64,000 nt of DNA from the human T2T-CHM13v2.0 reference genome, Homo sapiens. Below the pieces are notes generated by a model, which saw nothing but the letters and a program-made list of their open reading frames with translations, did no database searches and was not told where the DNA came from. Where the stretch lies: assembly GCF_009914755.1 (NCBI RefSeq), contig NC_060927.1; one strand, given 5' to 3'. Of this stretch, positions 1 to 15,003 are shown in pieces. The translations under genes and the position numbers were made by a program. Numbering within the stretch: the stretch's first letter is position 1; the number at the start of each line of letters is the position of its first letter.

Positions 1-1192
1 TCCCAGGCATCAGGGATGTGACCACGTGACTAGGACAGACTGAATTCCCTGCCCTGAGCAGCCACCTGTGAGCAGGTGAGACCTTCACAGGAACAGATGC
101 GTGGCAGCAGGCAGGAGGTGGGGGACACTCATCAGCCTGCCCCCAAAGAAGTGACACTTGAGGATAGGATGTTACCGGGCCAGATGGAGAGAGGAGAAGA
201 GAGAACATTCCATTCTAGAAAATTGGAACAGTATGGGCAAAGCCCTAGGGCAGAAGGGACCATTCAAAAACTAAAAGGAGGCCAGAGTGGCTGGAGGGGT
301 AGAGCTGAAGGGAGGCCCATTTAGGGCCTGGAAGGTGGCAGCAAGGATTTCAGTTTTTCCCTTAAGAGAAAGAACATGAAACCATGGAAAAGTTTTAAGT
401 AAGGAGGTGACAGAAGCAGATTTCAATAAAAAGTTACCCTGGCTACAATGTGACAAAGAGATGGGCAGATGGGGAGAGCAGGAGACAGTGCAGAGCCCAG
501 TGAGGGGCTCCTGCCATCCCTGATCCTGAGAGGAAGGTGGTCTAGCCCAGGCTGGGGGTGGAGCAGCCAGAAGGGGTGGCCTTGAACCTACTGGACATCT
601 GAGAAGCTCACAGCTGGGAGATGGTAAGGCATGGGGCTAGAGGGAGGCCTCCAAAGAGGCAGACTCTGGGCCAGCCTCCTGCAGCATGCAGTGTTTGGAG
701 AGCCACTTCCTGTTTGCATAGCTGATGGCTAAAGAGCAGGGCTGGTTGGCTTGAGGCCCACATCCAGCCTTGGAACTTTATCCAAGAGGAGAAATAAAGG
801 GGCTCTTCTTTGTTTATTTCTAAAATCACAACTAGTCCTCTATAGCAGAATGCTACAAGTGACTACAAACATTGGCATAGCCCTTTACAATAGAAAAAGT
901 GGATTCATAGCCAATGCACCATTTAGTCCCCATAAGGTTGTACAAGGTAGATGTTTTATCCCCAGTTTACAGATTGTGAGAAATGAGGCACTGAGAAGTT
1001 AAGTAATGTACCCAAGGCCACACAGCCAGAAAGTAGGAAAGTCAAATCAGCCTGGCCCCACTGCCTGTGTGCTTCGATTCACAGTTACACGATGGCTGCT
1101 GTGCCTCCAGACCTTGCATCTGCTGATCGGGCATAAGAAGAAACCTGCGAGGCTAGTCCTGTTAGTCAGTCCCAAACAAAACTGGAGTTCTG

Positions 1193-1496
<304 letters not shown>

Positions 1497-3887
1497 AAAA
1501 GTGGGGTTCTGTTAGTAAGGAAGAAGTAGGAGCAGCTATTGCAGAGGCTTTGAAGAAAACACCTAGTGATGAGGAAATTGAGGACCAGAGAATGAGTGAT
1601 GCTATGTGAAGGGCACACGGTGATTAGGCAGATGGCTGTGTCACTAATTTCTCTGCCCCTCTAGAAACATGCCTTCAACCCTACCTTGCCCGGGGGGCTG
1701 ACCTCCTCTGCCCATTTTCTGTGGTCAAAGTTTGCTGGTTTGTGGACTGACCTGCCCCAAAGCTCTCACTCTGAAAAGAAGGAAAAGGAGAGGAGACAGA
1801 ATAGCCATGGGCATTTATTGAGCATCAACTGCATACCAGGCACTTTTTCATGTAAGCTCATGGGGCCTCTAGTCTAAAAGAAAAGTGTTACTGTCAGCAT
1901 TTCACAGACAAGAAAACCAAGACCAGAGAGGAAGCAGCTGTCCAGTGTGGCACAGCGACTTAGTGGCAAGGGCAGGACTCACAGCCCAGCCTGATGGCCC
2001 CAACCACAAGCTCAAGTTGGGTTTGGTAGTATGCACAAATCCTTCTGGATTCTCCTACCCCAGAAACATCGGCCGGACATTTTACTGGCTGGGGAGGGAC
2101 TGTAGGCTACAATTCACCTCTGCTTTTGCTTTTCAAGTGCCAGAAGCTCAGATGTCCGTGACTATTGAGCTGAATCAGCCCCGTCCTCTGCAGTTGGCCT
2201 AGAGGGCTGCATTCTAGAGGAATTACCGGGAGGAAAGGGCCCCATGCCCCAAACAGTAGAGCCCCATCACACCCTCTTAAGTGACATCACTCTGGAATGT
2301 CTCCAGGTGCTCTGCAGATGTGTCTTTGGGGAGAAAACAGAGCAATGACTGAACTCCCCCTGAGAATGACAGCTTGAAGCCATTTGGTTAGAATAAATGA
2401 CCCAACAAACACCTTTCCAGCATCTCCCAGTGTTCAAAGCACTTTCACAGATACTGACTCACGCTGATCTTCTCATCTTCCCTCTAAGGTTGGTATTATG
2501 TCGGATGTTTCAAATAAGGAAATAGACCCTTGGGGTTGGGAGTGGTTTTACTAAAGTCACATACCCAAACTCAGCTGAATTTAGACTGCGTTGAATTTCC
2601 TAACTTTGAGTCAAACTGTGCTGCCACTTTCCTAAAATGGGATCTTGATGACTCTATTGTTCATGTTAGGGCTTCTATTGAGTTCTTTTTCAGACCTGTA
2701 CTTTCTTTTTCATCCTTATCAGTCCTTGTGTTGTAGGTTCTGTCTAATCCTTTATCTCTGTAGCATTCAACCATACTAATTTTAAAGTCTCTTGTGGATT
2801 GCTGTAATATCTGAGCTTCCTGAGATGTTTTACACCTGCTGTCTTTGTCATGATGAGGCATTCTTGGCAGGCACTGTCATTTTGGGCTGTGAGCCGTCTT
2901 TGGCAGGGCCATGATCCTTGAGAGTCACACATAGAACTGGCTGTAGAGTTCCCTTCAGAGCAGTTTTCCATCTGCCTCCACCAGGCCCTGATTCTAGACC
3001 AGTTTTTAATTTTGATACTTAGCGTGGAGTTTCCTAGCTGCACAGGTAGTGAGAGATTGAGTCCCATACCTGGGAACAAAACCCCAAGACCAATAGGTGG
3101 AATATTTTTCATTTTTGTTCATGGATAAGACAGCCCTTGCTGGCCCCTGGCCTCATGCAGGGAGTCTCCTTCTGTAACTCACTATGCAAGGTCTCCTGTC
3201 CCTAATCCCTCCATGGGCGTTTCAGCTCCATCTCCTGCTTTCCACACAAGTTGGAGGTCTGCTCTTCTTGATTTTGACTTTGGCTCTATATTCTTTTAAA
3301 TAGTTCTATTTTATCCAGCATTTCAACATATTTGTAGATGGAAGAGGGGCTTCCCATAGCACCCCAAACCACCATCTTGACCAGCAGCCTAACAGGATGG
3401 ACAATAAATATGTAAGCAATTGGAGACATTTATTTAATTCATTCAACAGTATTTTCTAAGCACGTTCTGTGGACCAATCCCCGTGCCACAATCCTTGGGA
3501 CACAGAAATGGCAGTAGACATGTTAGGGCACAGGTGTGCCATGTGCTGAGGGGCCACAAAGGAGCTCCTGCTGCTTTCAGAGCTGTAGGAGTTGCAGGTG
3601 AAATAGAAGCCTCCCAGGTGTCAAAAGGCATCTTCAGGCCTCCTAGAGCTGGGGAAGACTCAGGTACTCCCTGGCCCAGCCCCTGCCTGCTGAGGTGCAC
3701 AGTCCTCCTAAGAGGCTCCTGGTCCCCTCGCAGCCACATCAGCCTCTGATCCTGCTTTCCCACAGCTGGTCTCCACTCACATGACCTTGTCTGAGATGAG
3801 AAACTCAGCTCCTTATTCTTCAAATCCCACAAAATAGTCCATCCCCACACACATTTTTATGCATAGTAGACATTACTGATTATTGGC

Positions 3888-3907
3888 GGGGTGGGGGGCG
3901 GGGCGGG
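3888..3907 (+). other. Potential G-quadruplex
   Basis: GGGG-T-GGGGGG-C-GGGG-C-GGG: four G-runs with 1-nt loops. Confidence 0.6.
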
Positions 3908-4104
3908 AATCTGTTGCAGTAATGCAAACAGCTTCATGTGGAAAATTTGACATCACCATTCATAAAATGTCATTCAATCCCTGCCCAACCAAGGTGTTTC
4001 AGTGGCACTTCTCCCAACTTAGTTCCAACCACTCTCCACCTTTCTTCTCTCCTCTGTTTTCTCTCTCTTTTCTTCCTTTCTATCATCCAGGTCTCCTGGG
4101 TGAA

Positions 4105-4560
4105 TGCCAGAAAGCCTAATGCAAACTGACCTAGGTGAAAAGGAAGTTAGTTCTTAGAACTGAAAAGTGTAGGCATGTCCAGCTTCAGACATGGCTGGAT
4201 TCAGGTACTCACGTAGTGTTACCACGATATACTGAAGTTCTGCTTTACTCTCTGGCAAATTCTCTCCCCCAGTAGCCCTTGGGGTGCCAGGCTAATATCC
4301 CCAAAGCTCAGTCCAGTAGAAAGACCATCTGTCATCTGAACCATCCCACTGAAGTCCTGGAACTGGGCCTCATTCAGCCAACTTGGAAACATGTTCATCC
4401 CTGAATTCATCACAGGGGCCAGGACAATTTGATGCTCTGACTGGCCAAACCTTAGTCACATACCCACCACTGGAGTGAGAGCAAGGCCCATTGAACTCTG
4501 GAAATGAGATCCTCCCAAGAGAATCAAGGGGCACTGTACCCCAGACACATTCAAGGAACA
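4105..4560 (-). mobile_element. Old MaLR LTR fragment (MLT1J/K/L-like)
   Basis: Motif 'agcttcagacatggctggattcaggtactca'; related copies recur near 8292, 26534 and 29453. Confidence 0.55.
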
Positions 4561-6112
4561 CACCCCTTTGCCCCTCTCTGGAGCTCGCAGCCCAGTCCTT
4601 TTCTTGTCTGGGTAGAATAGCCCACCTGTGGCAGCTCAAGACTGTGAACTCTGAAGCCCCGGGAGGAAACCTGGTTAGACACAGAGCAGGCTTGTCTGGA
4701 GGTCAGCTTTTCCTGGATGCTGGGTGCTTTGGGAGTGGTTTCGGGGGGACTCTGTAACCTCGCCAACCTGTGCCCATCCAGGTGATTCAGGGCTCACTGG
4801 GGAGGGTGGACAGAAAAAGATTGTTATCCCCAGGTTCTGTCCGTAGCTGGGAGCCCTCCTGAGGGAGCACAAGGGCTTGGCACTTCTGTGGCCTAGCACC
4901 CAGCCCAGCCTTGGCACACAGTAAGATGTGTGTGGACACACGAATGGACCAGCGGGCATGGGAGTGGATGCTGTCCTCAAAACTGGAAGAAAGGGCGTAA
5001 CGCCTGGGACTTCAGCACAAGGAGACCCCTAAGTGGTCCAGTGGCCTTGTCCTGCCTTGAGGGGTCCCCCTTCAGTCCTCAGTAGAAGGTCTCTGGTGGG
5101 TTTGTGACATCTCGTCCTTTTGAAACCGCCCATATCTCAACCAGTTGCCTGGCCTGGCCCCCTACCCTGCTCTGAAGCCAAGGAGCAGCTGAGTCCCCTT
5201 GATGGGGCCTTCAGGACACCGGGGCAGGGCAGGCAGCCTAGGGCCAGCACCACTGGGCAGGGGCTGGTGCCCAAAAAGACAGAAGAGACAGAGAGCCAGC
5301 TCAGCTCAGCCGGAACAGGGAGGAGAGGCCTGGCGGCCTGGCCTCTGGCTTTGTTGTTGGGGGAGGGTGAAAAGGCTGGGATGGAGGAAAGGGGGTGGGA
5401 GAGGGAGGGAGGAGGGACGGCAATTGGCTGGCCACCGTGGAGGGGACACAAAGATGAGGCCATCTGAGGGCTACCTCCTTTCTTCTGCCCCATTGCTGCT
5501 GCCTGGCCTGACCTGGCAGCCTTTGGGTGGGCCAAACTCAGCGGGTCCAGGGTGGGAGGGAGGCAGATGAGTGGGGGCGAGCAGAGGGGGCATGGGGCAC
5601 CATCTGGAGCTGGGAGGCCTCGGATTCCATCGTCCTTGGAGGTGGGTGTGTGGGTGGCCTTGGTGAGAAAAGAGGCCTTTCCTCCTCCAGGAACAATACT
5701 CAGGCTCACAAAGAGGCAGACCCACTCAGGCACCCACTGCATGCCCCAGGCCCTCAGGATGCACAGGGGGCTTGGTGGGTGGGGGCCTAGGCTCAGAAGG
5801 CCCAGCCCAACCTGGCTTTGATTCCTGGCTCTTCAACATGTGTGGTAGGAGCTAGAGCTGTTCCCTTCACTTCTGTGAGTCTCAGTTTCCTCGGCTATAA
5901 AGTGGCTATGGGATTCTGTCTTGGCATAAACATTGAGTGTGATGGGGGAGGCAGCGTGGTGGTGGAGCTCTGGGAGTGTGACCTGCAGCAAGCCATTCTC
6001 ACCTCTGTGAGCCTCAGCTCATCTGTAAAATGAGATGAGAATAATAATGATAATAATACCCACTTCATGGAGTATTTGAAGATTCAACTTGCTGTTGTGT
6101 TGAAAGTGCCTA

Positions 6113-6508
<396 letters not shown>

Positions 6509-8184
6509 TCACAAAGGGGCAGGCCTTGAAAAGCAAGGAGGCAGAGGAGGAGGAGCCGTGGGCTCTCTGTCGAGGTGGCTGATCAGTGGTGTCCCCAGAG
6601 AAACCTGCCCTCATTCAAATACATGCCCCCAGCTGCACTTCTCGGAGGACAGAGCCTGGGCCCACACTTTGGGCTGACAGCTCAGAGATATACCCTCTCT
6701 CGAGCCTGAGGCTTTGCACCCCTCCCAGAGAGAGGGGCCTTGACTGCACAAGCTAATATGTGCAATAAATGCATCCTTCAGAGAAGGAAGGAGCCTAGAC
6801 AGGGATGGTAATCTGCCCAGGCTCACCCAGTAAATCAGGGGCACAGCCAGGCTGGATTCAGTCCACGAGTCTGTAGCTCTTTCTGCTACTTCCCACAGGT
6901 GGGTTGGAAATAAGCTTCAGCCTTTTCAGGCCTGAGGCAGCCACAAAGGACATGGGGTGGCCTGAAGTGCCAGACCAGTCACCCTTGGCCATGACCTGCC
7001 TCATCTGCTAACCTATGTATGTTGCACATTTTCTTTGGTGTCTTGATGCTTCTTAGGAAGCTTCAGCTCAACTTGCTTGTGCCTCAGTTTTCTCATCTGG
7101 AGAATAGGTTAGTTTTAGTACCTACCGCACAGGGTAAGAATCTAATGAGATAATAGAAAGCATTTAGAATGATGCCTGGCACATAATAAGCCCTCCTTAA
7201 ATGTCATTGTCAGCTGGTCCTGGGGTGTGCCTGCATTTGCTACACACTCCTCGGATGAGCTTTCGACCCCTGTGCCTCCAGCACTCTCCATCCACCTGTA
7301 TCTCTGCTTGTCCCTGCCTGGTTCTACTCGCTCCTGCTCCACATAGCTGGGAACATGGCTGCAGGGACCCCAGATTCATGACTTTCCAAATTCTGTGACC
7401 CAACATTCTGCTTCCCAGCACCTGTAGATAAAGTCCTAGGAAAGAACGTGGATTGGCCCAGCCTGGGTCACAGCCCCACCTCCAGGCCGAGACCAGGACC
7501 AGGCTACTAGGATAGTCCTGTTGGCCCGGACCAGGGCACACGCTCAACCCTGAAGTGGGCCAAGAGTTGGGTGGCCATAGAAGTGGGACAACTCCCAAAA
7601 CGAAGGTTGGTGCTGTTACCAGGAGACAGAAAAGGATGCAAGTTAGACAGAAAACAATCAATGTCCACCTCATGAACTTCCCCTTAGAAGTGAAAATTCA
7701 AGAAACATAAAGGCTACAGCTCAGCACCAGGCACAGAGAAGGTGGAAGAGCGGGCATTGGGCATTTTTTTATGTAGTGTAGCAGTTTTCCAGAAAGTCAA
7801 AGGGCCTGGCGCATGGATGGTTTTCTTTATTTAAGGTGGTCTCATCCAAAGAGAGAATCTCTTCTCACATAAGGATATGCTATTTACCCACAAGGAGACA
7901 TTGGAAGAAGAGGCCAGTTCCTGGGTGGAGGCCTGGCTTGTCCTGTAGCTCCAGACGTGCCAGTGTCAGGACTTTCACATGACCTGGCCTAAGTCAGGGG
8001 TAGTATACATGGTTCTGCAGACCCAAGCCGGGTGAGCTCTGGAGGACACAAGGGGGTGGGCATCATGATCGCCAGATTGTTTTGACGGTACAGCCTTGGA
8101 TATAGACAGTCAAAGTGGTCTTGTGTAGAAAAAAATGACAAAAAATAAAAGTATGCTTCCTTTGGATGGAGAGGGTTCTATATT

Positions 8185-8600
8185 ATATTGGATTTTTTAG
8201 TTGCTAATGACTAAAAGCACTCTCACTGCCTTAGGCCAAAAGAAAAGTAGGAACGGCACTTATTTATCAACTAAAAATCTCAAGCGTATATAGCTTCAGG
8301 CATGGCTAGATCCAGGAGCTCAAGTCATGCTACCTGGAATCTCTTTCTTTCTATCCTTTATCTTGTCTTTCTCCTAGTTGGCTCTGATTTCAGACATTCT
8401 TCCCATAAGGTAGCAAGACAGCTACCATCATCATCAGGATTAGCTCCTATCCTCCCAATCACCCCCATCAGAAACACTTTCTCTTTCCCAGTAGTTCCAA
8501 CATAGGCCACACCCATCCTGGAACCAGTCACTGGTACCAGGGAAATGGAGCATGCTGACTGGCCAGCCTAGGGTCATGTGAGTACTCTGGACCAATCACT
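8185..8600 (-). mobile_element. Old MaLR LTR fragment (MLT1K/L-like)
   Basis: 'agcttcaggcatggctagatccaggagctca' and 'ctgactggccagcctagggtcatgtg'. Confidence 0.55.
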
Positions 8601-9165
8601 GCCACTCTGATTAGCTAGACCTGGCTAAAACATTCCCGCCATTGGCCCTGCCCGACACATGGGCCAAGAGAAATGGAGGAGTCTGTTCTCCAAAGAACAG
8701 TAGTCAGGGGGCTGGATGGGGGGCTACTTGTGGGCAATGATGGCACCCAGTCCCCCTGAGCCGGGCAGAGGACCTGGCCAAGGAAGGGCCGTGGCTTCTT
8801 TGTGACTAGGCAGGGGCAGGAGCGACTGTCAGAATGTGCTCTGAGTTGGGGGTGGGGGCTTTTCCGGAGAGGACCGAGGTGACTGGAGAAGCCTGGAGCC
8901 ACCCAAAGTCAGAGACCCAGGAAGGGGCAGACAGAGTCTTCAGGCTCTTCATTTTGCCTCTTCATGATTTTCTGTCAGAAATAACCATTGGCTTTTCTTC
9001 ATTCAACCAAATTCTGTCAAGTGCCTAGAGAGGGCCCATGCTGTCCTGGGCATGAGGGAGGCAGCTGGGAAGAGGCAGAGACCCTGCCCTCGTGGACCAA
9101 CTCTCAGTGCGTTACGCTGTTGACCACCAGTAACTAAGCGGGTGGACGAGGGGAGGGTCAGGGAG

Positions 9166-9544
9166 TGTGAGTCAGCTCGGGCTGCTGTGACAAGCCCCAC
9201 AGACCAGGAGCTTCAACAACAGGCATTTGTCTCCCACAGCTCTGGAGGCTGACCAGAGTGCGGTGTCGCAGCGTTGGCTTCTCCTGCGGCCTCTCTCCTG
9301 GGCTGGCAGCCAGGGCCGCCTTCTCCCTGTATCCTCGCGTGGTCTTCCTTCTGTGTGTATTTCTGTCCTAATCCCCTCTTCTTAGAAGGACACCAGTCAG
9401 ACTGGATTAGGGCCCACCCTAAAGACCTCATTTTAACTTGATTACCTCATTAAAGGTCCCATCGCCAAATAAGATCACATTATGAGGAGCTCTGGGGGTC
9501 TGGACATCAACATATGAATTGGGGAGACACAACCAGCCCATCAC
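9166..9544 (-). mobile_element. MaLR LTR (MLT1B/C-like)
   Basis: 'gggctgctgtgacaa...cacagctctggaggctg...ggattagggcccaccct...cagcccatcaca'. Confidence 0.8.
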
Positions 9545-10890
9545 AGGAGACTTCTCTGAGATGTGACCCTGGAATTGAGGCCTGAGTGGCAAGGTGGGGC
9601 CATGACTTGTGTGATCCAGGGCGGAGGTGACTCCCATAGCAAAATCACAGGGCTGGGCACAAGCTTGGCTTGTCTGCACTGCCTGCACGGGGACGAGCAG
9701 GTTGGAGCCAGCCTGGATGCCGAGGGGCCAGTGAGGAGGGGCCAGTGAGGAGGAGCAGGTGAAGAGCCCTCCTCACCTGTACACACGGAGTCCTGCTAAG
9801 TCTCAGCTCCAAGTGGCTCAGACCCACCTGCTACTCTCCAGTCGCACCCACCACCCAGCCCAGCCCCAGCACCACTCCTGGACAGCTGTCCTAGCCTCCT
9901 GACTGGTGTCCCAGCTCCATCAGAACCACGGACCACACAGCATCAGGTTAATCTTTTCAACACCCAGATCCCACCTCGGGCTCGCCCACTCACAACTCTC
10001 CTGTGACCTCCTCTGGTGACCATCATGACTGTGAGTGACCAGGCCCTTTCCCATCCTCTCCTGCAGCCACACTGACCCTCCAGGGCTCCCCTTCTCAGGC
10101 CCTTTGGGCATACGGCTCCCTCCACCATCCCCAAGCCTACTCCTGACCAATCCACATTCACCCTTCAGGTCTTGCCAGACCCCAACTCTTTAGGGAGGCC
10201 CCACCTCCATCTACAGCCTCTTCCTAACGTCTTTCACGGCCCCTGGACTTTTCTGTCCTTCATGTATTTTTGTGATGACTTCATTGAGGTCTGCTCCTTC
10301 GGGGGGGGAGGTTGCGGGGTAAGCTCTGTGAGGTCAGGGGCCATGCCATTGCTAAGGACAGTGGCTGGCTCAATACTTCATCCTTCGGTGAATTAAAGAA
10401 CCAAGTCAGCAGCTTGGGCTGGCAGGGCCTTAGAAGTCACCCAGCCCAGGCTGACACCCTGCACGGCGCCCCCGAGAGCTGAGTGTCCGTGTCTGCTCGC
10501 ACACTCCTGTTGCACCCTTCCCACCGCCATCCCCTGCTCAGTAAAGTTGGGGGGGTTCCCGAATTCAGGTAGGGACCAGAGAGGAGTCACAGAGGACCCC
10601 TGAGGACTGTCCCCCCACCCCTTGTGATTTATTTTCCGCCCTTCCTCTGCTGCATCCCGCCCCCCTACCCCAAGCTGTTCTTCCTGCTGTTGTTCTCTTG
10701 TTTTCACATGTTGCTCTCTGTTTCCTGTAAGGCTGCTTCACTCAGGAAACGCCATGCAGCAAAGGAAGCCGCTGTGTGCGAACCTCCAGGACCTCCCAGA
10801 GTAGGTGCTGCAGCGTGGCCGTGGCCTGATGGCCCAAAGTAGCCTGGCTGGGTTCTGAGGGACCTGTCAGCTCTGCAGCTTCCTGAGACT

Positions 10891-10901
10891 TGCTGAGTCA
10901 C
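10891..10901 (+). promoter_or_regulatory. Perfect NF-E2/NRF2 (MARE/ARE) motif
   Basis: TGCTGAGTCAC in sequence that does not look repeat-derived. Motif only. Confidence 0.35.
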
Positions 10902-11089
10902 TGAGCGGCTCAGAGCATAGGAAGCAGAGAGAAAAAGACAGCAGTGACATTTTTCATCTATTCCAGAATAAACTGAGCCCAGGCGGTGTAATGGGCTTTT
11001 GATGCGTCCCCCTGGCTTTGATGTGATGCCTTGACCGCTCCCTTGGTTACAGCAAGTTAACCGGTCAAACACTAAGCTACAGTTGCTGT

Positions 11090-11602
11090 ACAGGTATTCT
11101 GCATATGGATTAAAGTCTGTCATCAGTTGACTTTAGGTAAGGGACATTATCCTGGCTGGTCTGGGTGGGCTTCAAGAGCCAAACAGGCTTCTGTGTGAAA
11201 GAGAAGTTCCACCTGTGGACAGAAGGGTGTGGAATCCATCTACAGCCAGGCCTACAAGCTGTAGCTCTTTCTGAAGGACTTTATGACAAGGAAGTGGGCT
11301 GTGTGATTGTGGGGGCTGGCTAAGCAAGCCTGAAGTCCACAAAAGGGAAGCTGGCAGGCAGGTGGAGCTCATGGGCACGCCCGTGTCTAGAGCCTCTGGG
11401 GAAGCCCATAAGCCGTGCCCGTGAGCTCCACCTGCCTGCCAGCTTCCCTTCTGTGGATTCCAGACTCATTTAGCCAGCCCCCGTGATCACACAGGCCACC
11501 TGCTTGTCATAAAGCCCTGGAGACAGAGCTACAGCTGCAGGCATGGCTGTAGATGGATTCCACACACTGGCCCCACTTCTCTGGTCAAACCCTGACTCGT
11601 AC
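11090..11602 (+). mobile_element. ERVL LTR (MLT2E/F-like) with an internal inverted duplication
   Basis: MLT2 hallmarks 'attaaagtc...cagttgactttaggtaaggga...ttatcctgg...ctgggtgggc' and 3' end 'ttctctggtcaaaccctgactcgtaca'. Confidence 0.7.
11227..11565. repeat. Long imperfect inverted repeat (arms 11227-11379 and 11414-11565, 34-nt loop)
   Basis: Manual alignment of arm 1 to the reverse complement of arm 2: about 20 substitutions and 1 indel over ~152 nt. Confidence 0.95.
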
Positions 11603-12202
11603 AGGGCCTGAGGCAGGAGGGGGCGGAACTGATTAAGGAACAAAAGCTAACATTTTTGAGCACTCACTGGGTGTTAGGCACTGCACTAAGGACTTTATCT
11701 GTACAACCTTATTGCACTCCCAAGCAGTGCTGTGAGTGGTTTATCAGTGATGATGCTTTATGCTGCAAGAACATAAAACCCAACTCAGAATGGCTTAAAC
11801 CACAAGGACATTTATTATCTCATGTGAGAAGTCCAGGGGAGAGCAGTTCCTTGGCAGTTCAGTAAAGTTTTCAAGGACCTGATTCATCTTCCACTCTGTT
11901 TTCCTCAGCTTGTCATTTTGGCCTGTCAGCAAGGACCCCTCATGGTTGCAAGAGAGCTGCCATGGCCTCAGGCATCACTGCCATATCCACGGGTCCTCCT
12001 GGCAGACTTCCCCTCACCTCTCTTTGGCCAGAATTGCATCACATGCCTGTTTCTAAACCAATCTGAAGGAAGCTTCATGATTGAGGCTTCGTGAAGGCGG
12101 CTTCATGATTGGCTCAGGCCAGTCAAGTCTCTCTGGGAGCACAAGGCCACAGTCGGGGTTGAGCTGACAGCAGATGGGGTGTGGTTGTTTGGATGGCTGA
12201 AT

Positions 12203-12750
12203 TTGGTTTCTATCACAACCATAGCCGATCACCACACTCTTAGTGACTTGAAACAACACCCACCTGTGACCTCATAATTCCGTAGGCCGGAAGTCCAGGC
12301 GGGCGTGGCGGGCTTCTCTGCACAAGCTCGCACAAGGCCGAAAGCAAGGCACCCTTGGCCGGGTCTGGACCCCCTGGGAAAGCCCGTTCCAGTGTTGGCA
12401 GAATCCAGCTCCTTTTGGCCGTGGGACCGAGGCCCTATTTCCTTGCCGGCTGTCAGCTGGGGTTGCTCTCTGCATTCCTTCACCCACATTGCTTTCATCT
12501 TCCAGCCAGCAACGACCTGCCCCATGTCCTTCTCACACTTCACATCTCTCTCACAGCCTCTTCTACACCAGCCCAGAAAGCTATCTGCATTTCAAGGGAC
12601 TTGTGTGATTAGACAGGGATAATCCCGTCTTCTGGTCAGCTGTGCCACAGAACATCATGCCATCTCTGAGTGACAGGCTCACTTCACTCACAGGCTTTGA
12701 GAATTAGGGTGTGGAACTTGGGGGCCCATTCCTAGACATTCTGCCCACCC
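12203..12750 (-). mobile_element. MaLR LTR (MLT1D/E-like)
   Basis: 'caccacactcttagtgacttgaaacaacac...ggccgaaagcaagg...gaattagggtgtggaac'. Confidence 0.65.
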
Positions 12751-13153
12751 CCGTGAGGCAGACATTTCACTGGAAAGAAAGTTAACCTCAGAGAAGTGAA
12801 GTGAGTTCCTCAAGGCTGTACCAGCCAGGAAGTTATGGCTGCAAACAACAGAAATCAATGCTGCTCATTGAAGCAAGAAAATAACAGCCCTCCCTCCTGG
12901 CTACCATATAGTATGCAGTCCTGGCCATACAAGAGGGTCCCTGTGCCCCTCAGGGTGGTCTTTTTATCCCCAGCCAGATGCTTGGTTTCAATTATTCTAT
13001 AACCTAATAGGATTAGTTATCTTAGGAAATCCAGAGGTGCTGGCTGGCCTTGGGAGTAAAGATGAGACCTCAGTTCTCCAGGCTCATTAAACATGTTTGC
13101 CTCCATAGGGAGACAAATTGTCTCCATAGGGAGCAGAAGTCATCAGTTAAATC

Positions 13154-13478
13154 CGGGGTTAGCAAACTACAGCCTGTGGGCCAGTCCAGCTCCACCCTTA
13201 TTTTTATACAATCCACAAACTAAGAATAGTTTTTACATTTTTAAATGGCTAGGAAAAAACTAAAAAAGGGATATTTCATGACATATGAAAATTTCATAAA
13301 ATTCAAATTTTAGTGTCGATGAATAAAGTTTTATTGGAACACAGCCATGTCCACTTGTTTACATATTTTCTGGGACTGCTCCTGTGCAGAGTGGAGTAGC
13401 TCTGACAACAACCTCATGGGCTTCAAAGCCTGAAGTATTTACTCTCTGGCCCTTTATGGCATAAGTATGCCAGCCCTG
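13154..13478. mobile_element. hAT-Charlie MITE (MER58-like)
   Basis: Ends 'ggggttagcaaactacagcctgtgggcc' and 'ctggcccttta...tgccagccctg'. Confidence 0.75.
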
Positions 13479-14494
13479 AGTCAAATGACAATGTGCTGGT
13501 CATTGGTGACCAGCAATTCCAACCTTGGGATTCCTCATGTATTCTGAGCAGGGGACTGGGCAGGGGCAGGGATGGACTCTCTCACCTCTTGTTCCCACAC
13601 GCCTTCCTGCCCTTCAGGCAGTCCCTCCCCGGTGATTTCTCTGTATCTTCTTGTTGGGATGTGTTCTTGCGAAGTGAGTCTTTCGGGTCTGTTTGCACCC
13701 CATTGGCGGCGTTGTGGCACATGTCTCACTGTGCCTCTGACTCCCCACTCGGCGCTGGAGTTCCCACCCCAAATGTTGTTCTGCGAGTGCATCTTCTGGC
13801 TGCTTTTCCCCTCTGCAAACTCCTCCATCCACTCCCAGGGGTGGACACTAGGCTGCCTCCAACTGCCTGCCACTCCAGATGACACCAAGTGCGTGTCCTC
13901 CCCCACACCACCGTGCAGCAGCCTGCTGTGAGAACTGTCCCAGGAGAGGGGTTGCTGGGTCTTGTGGAGACACATAAATGATTTGACCAAGTGATGCCAG
14001 CTGGCCCCAGTGTGTTCTTTGATGTAATCAGGTTCACCAAATTCTTTTGGCTTTATGATTTTTGCCTTTGAATTCTTGAGTGGTCCTCCGTTCCTAGGTC
14101 ACAAGGGTATTCTGCTGGATATTCTTTTGTTTTAATTGTATCTTTTAGGTGTTCAGTCCACCTGGAGTCTACCCTTTTGGGTGATGAAGACAGGGACCCA
14201 GCTTTAAGTTTGTCCTGGGTAGGTTTAGGTTTAGCGAGGGCTGGCTACCTTCACTCACATGGGATTTAGAAGCCCAGTCAGTCCACTCATCAGTGTTTGT
14301 CTTAGTGGTTTGCTCATCAGTCCAATAATTCCTTTGAGGATGTGAGACCGCAGCAGGACCCTCACTTGTATATATTTTGTGTTTATATAAACAGTCACAT
14401 TCTAGATTCATATAATTGTAGTACAAACAAGAGAGAACTACAGTTCTGGGAAAAATGACTGTAAACTATTTAACTTTTAATATAAGTTGTAGAT

Positions 14495-15003
<509 letters not shown>

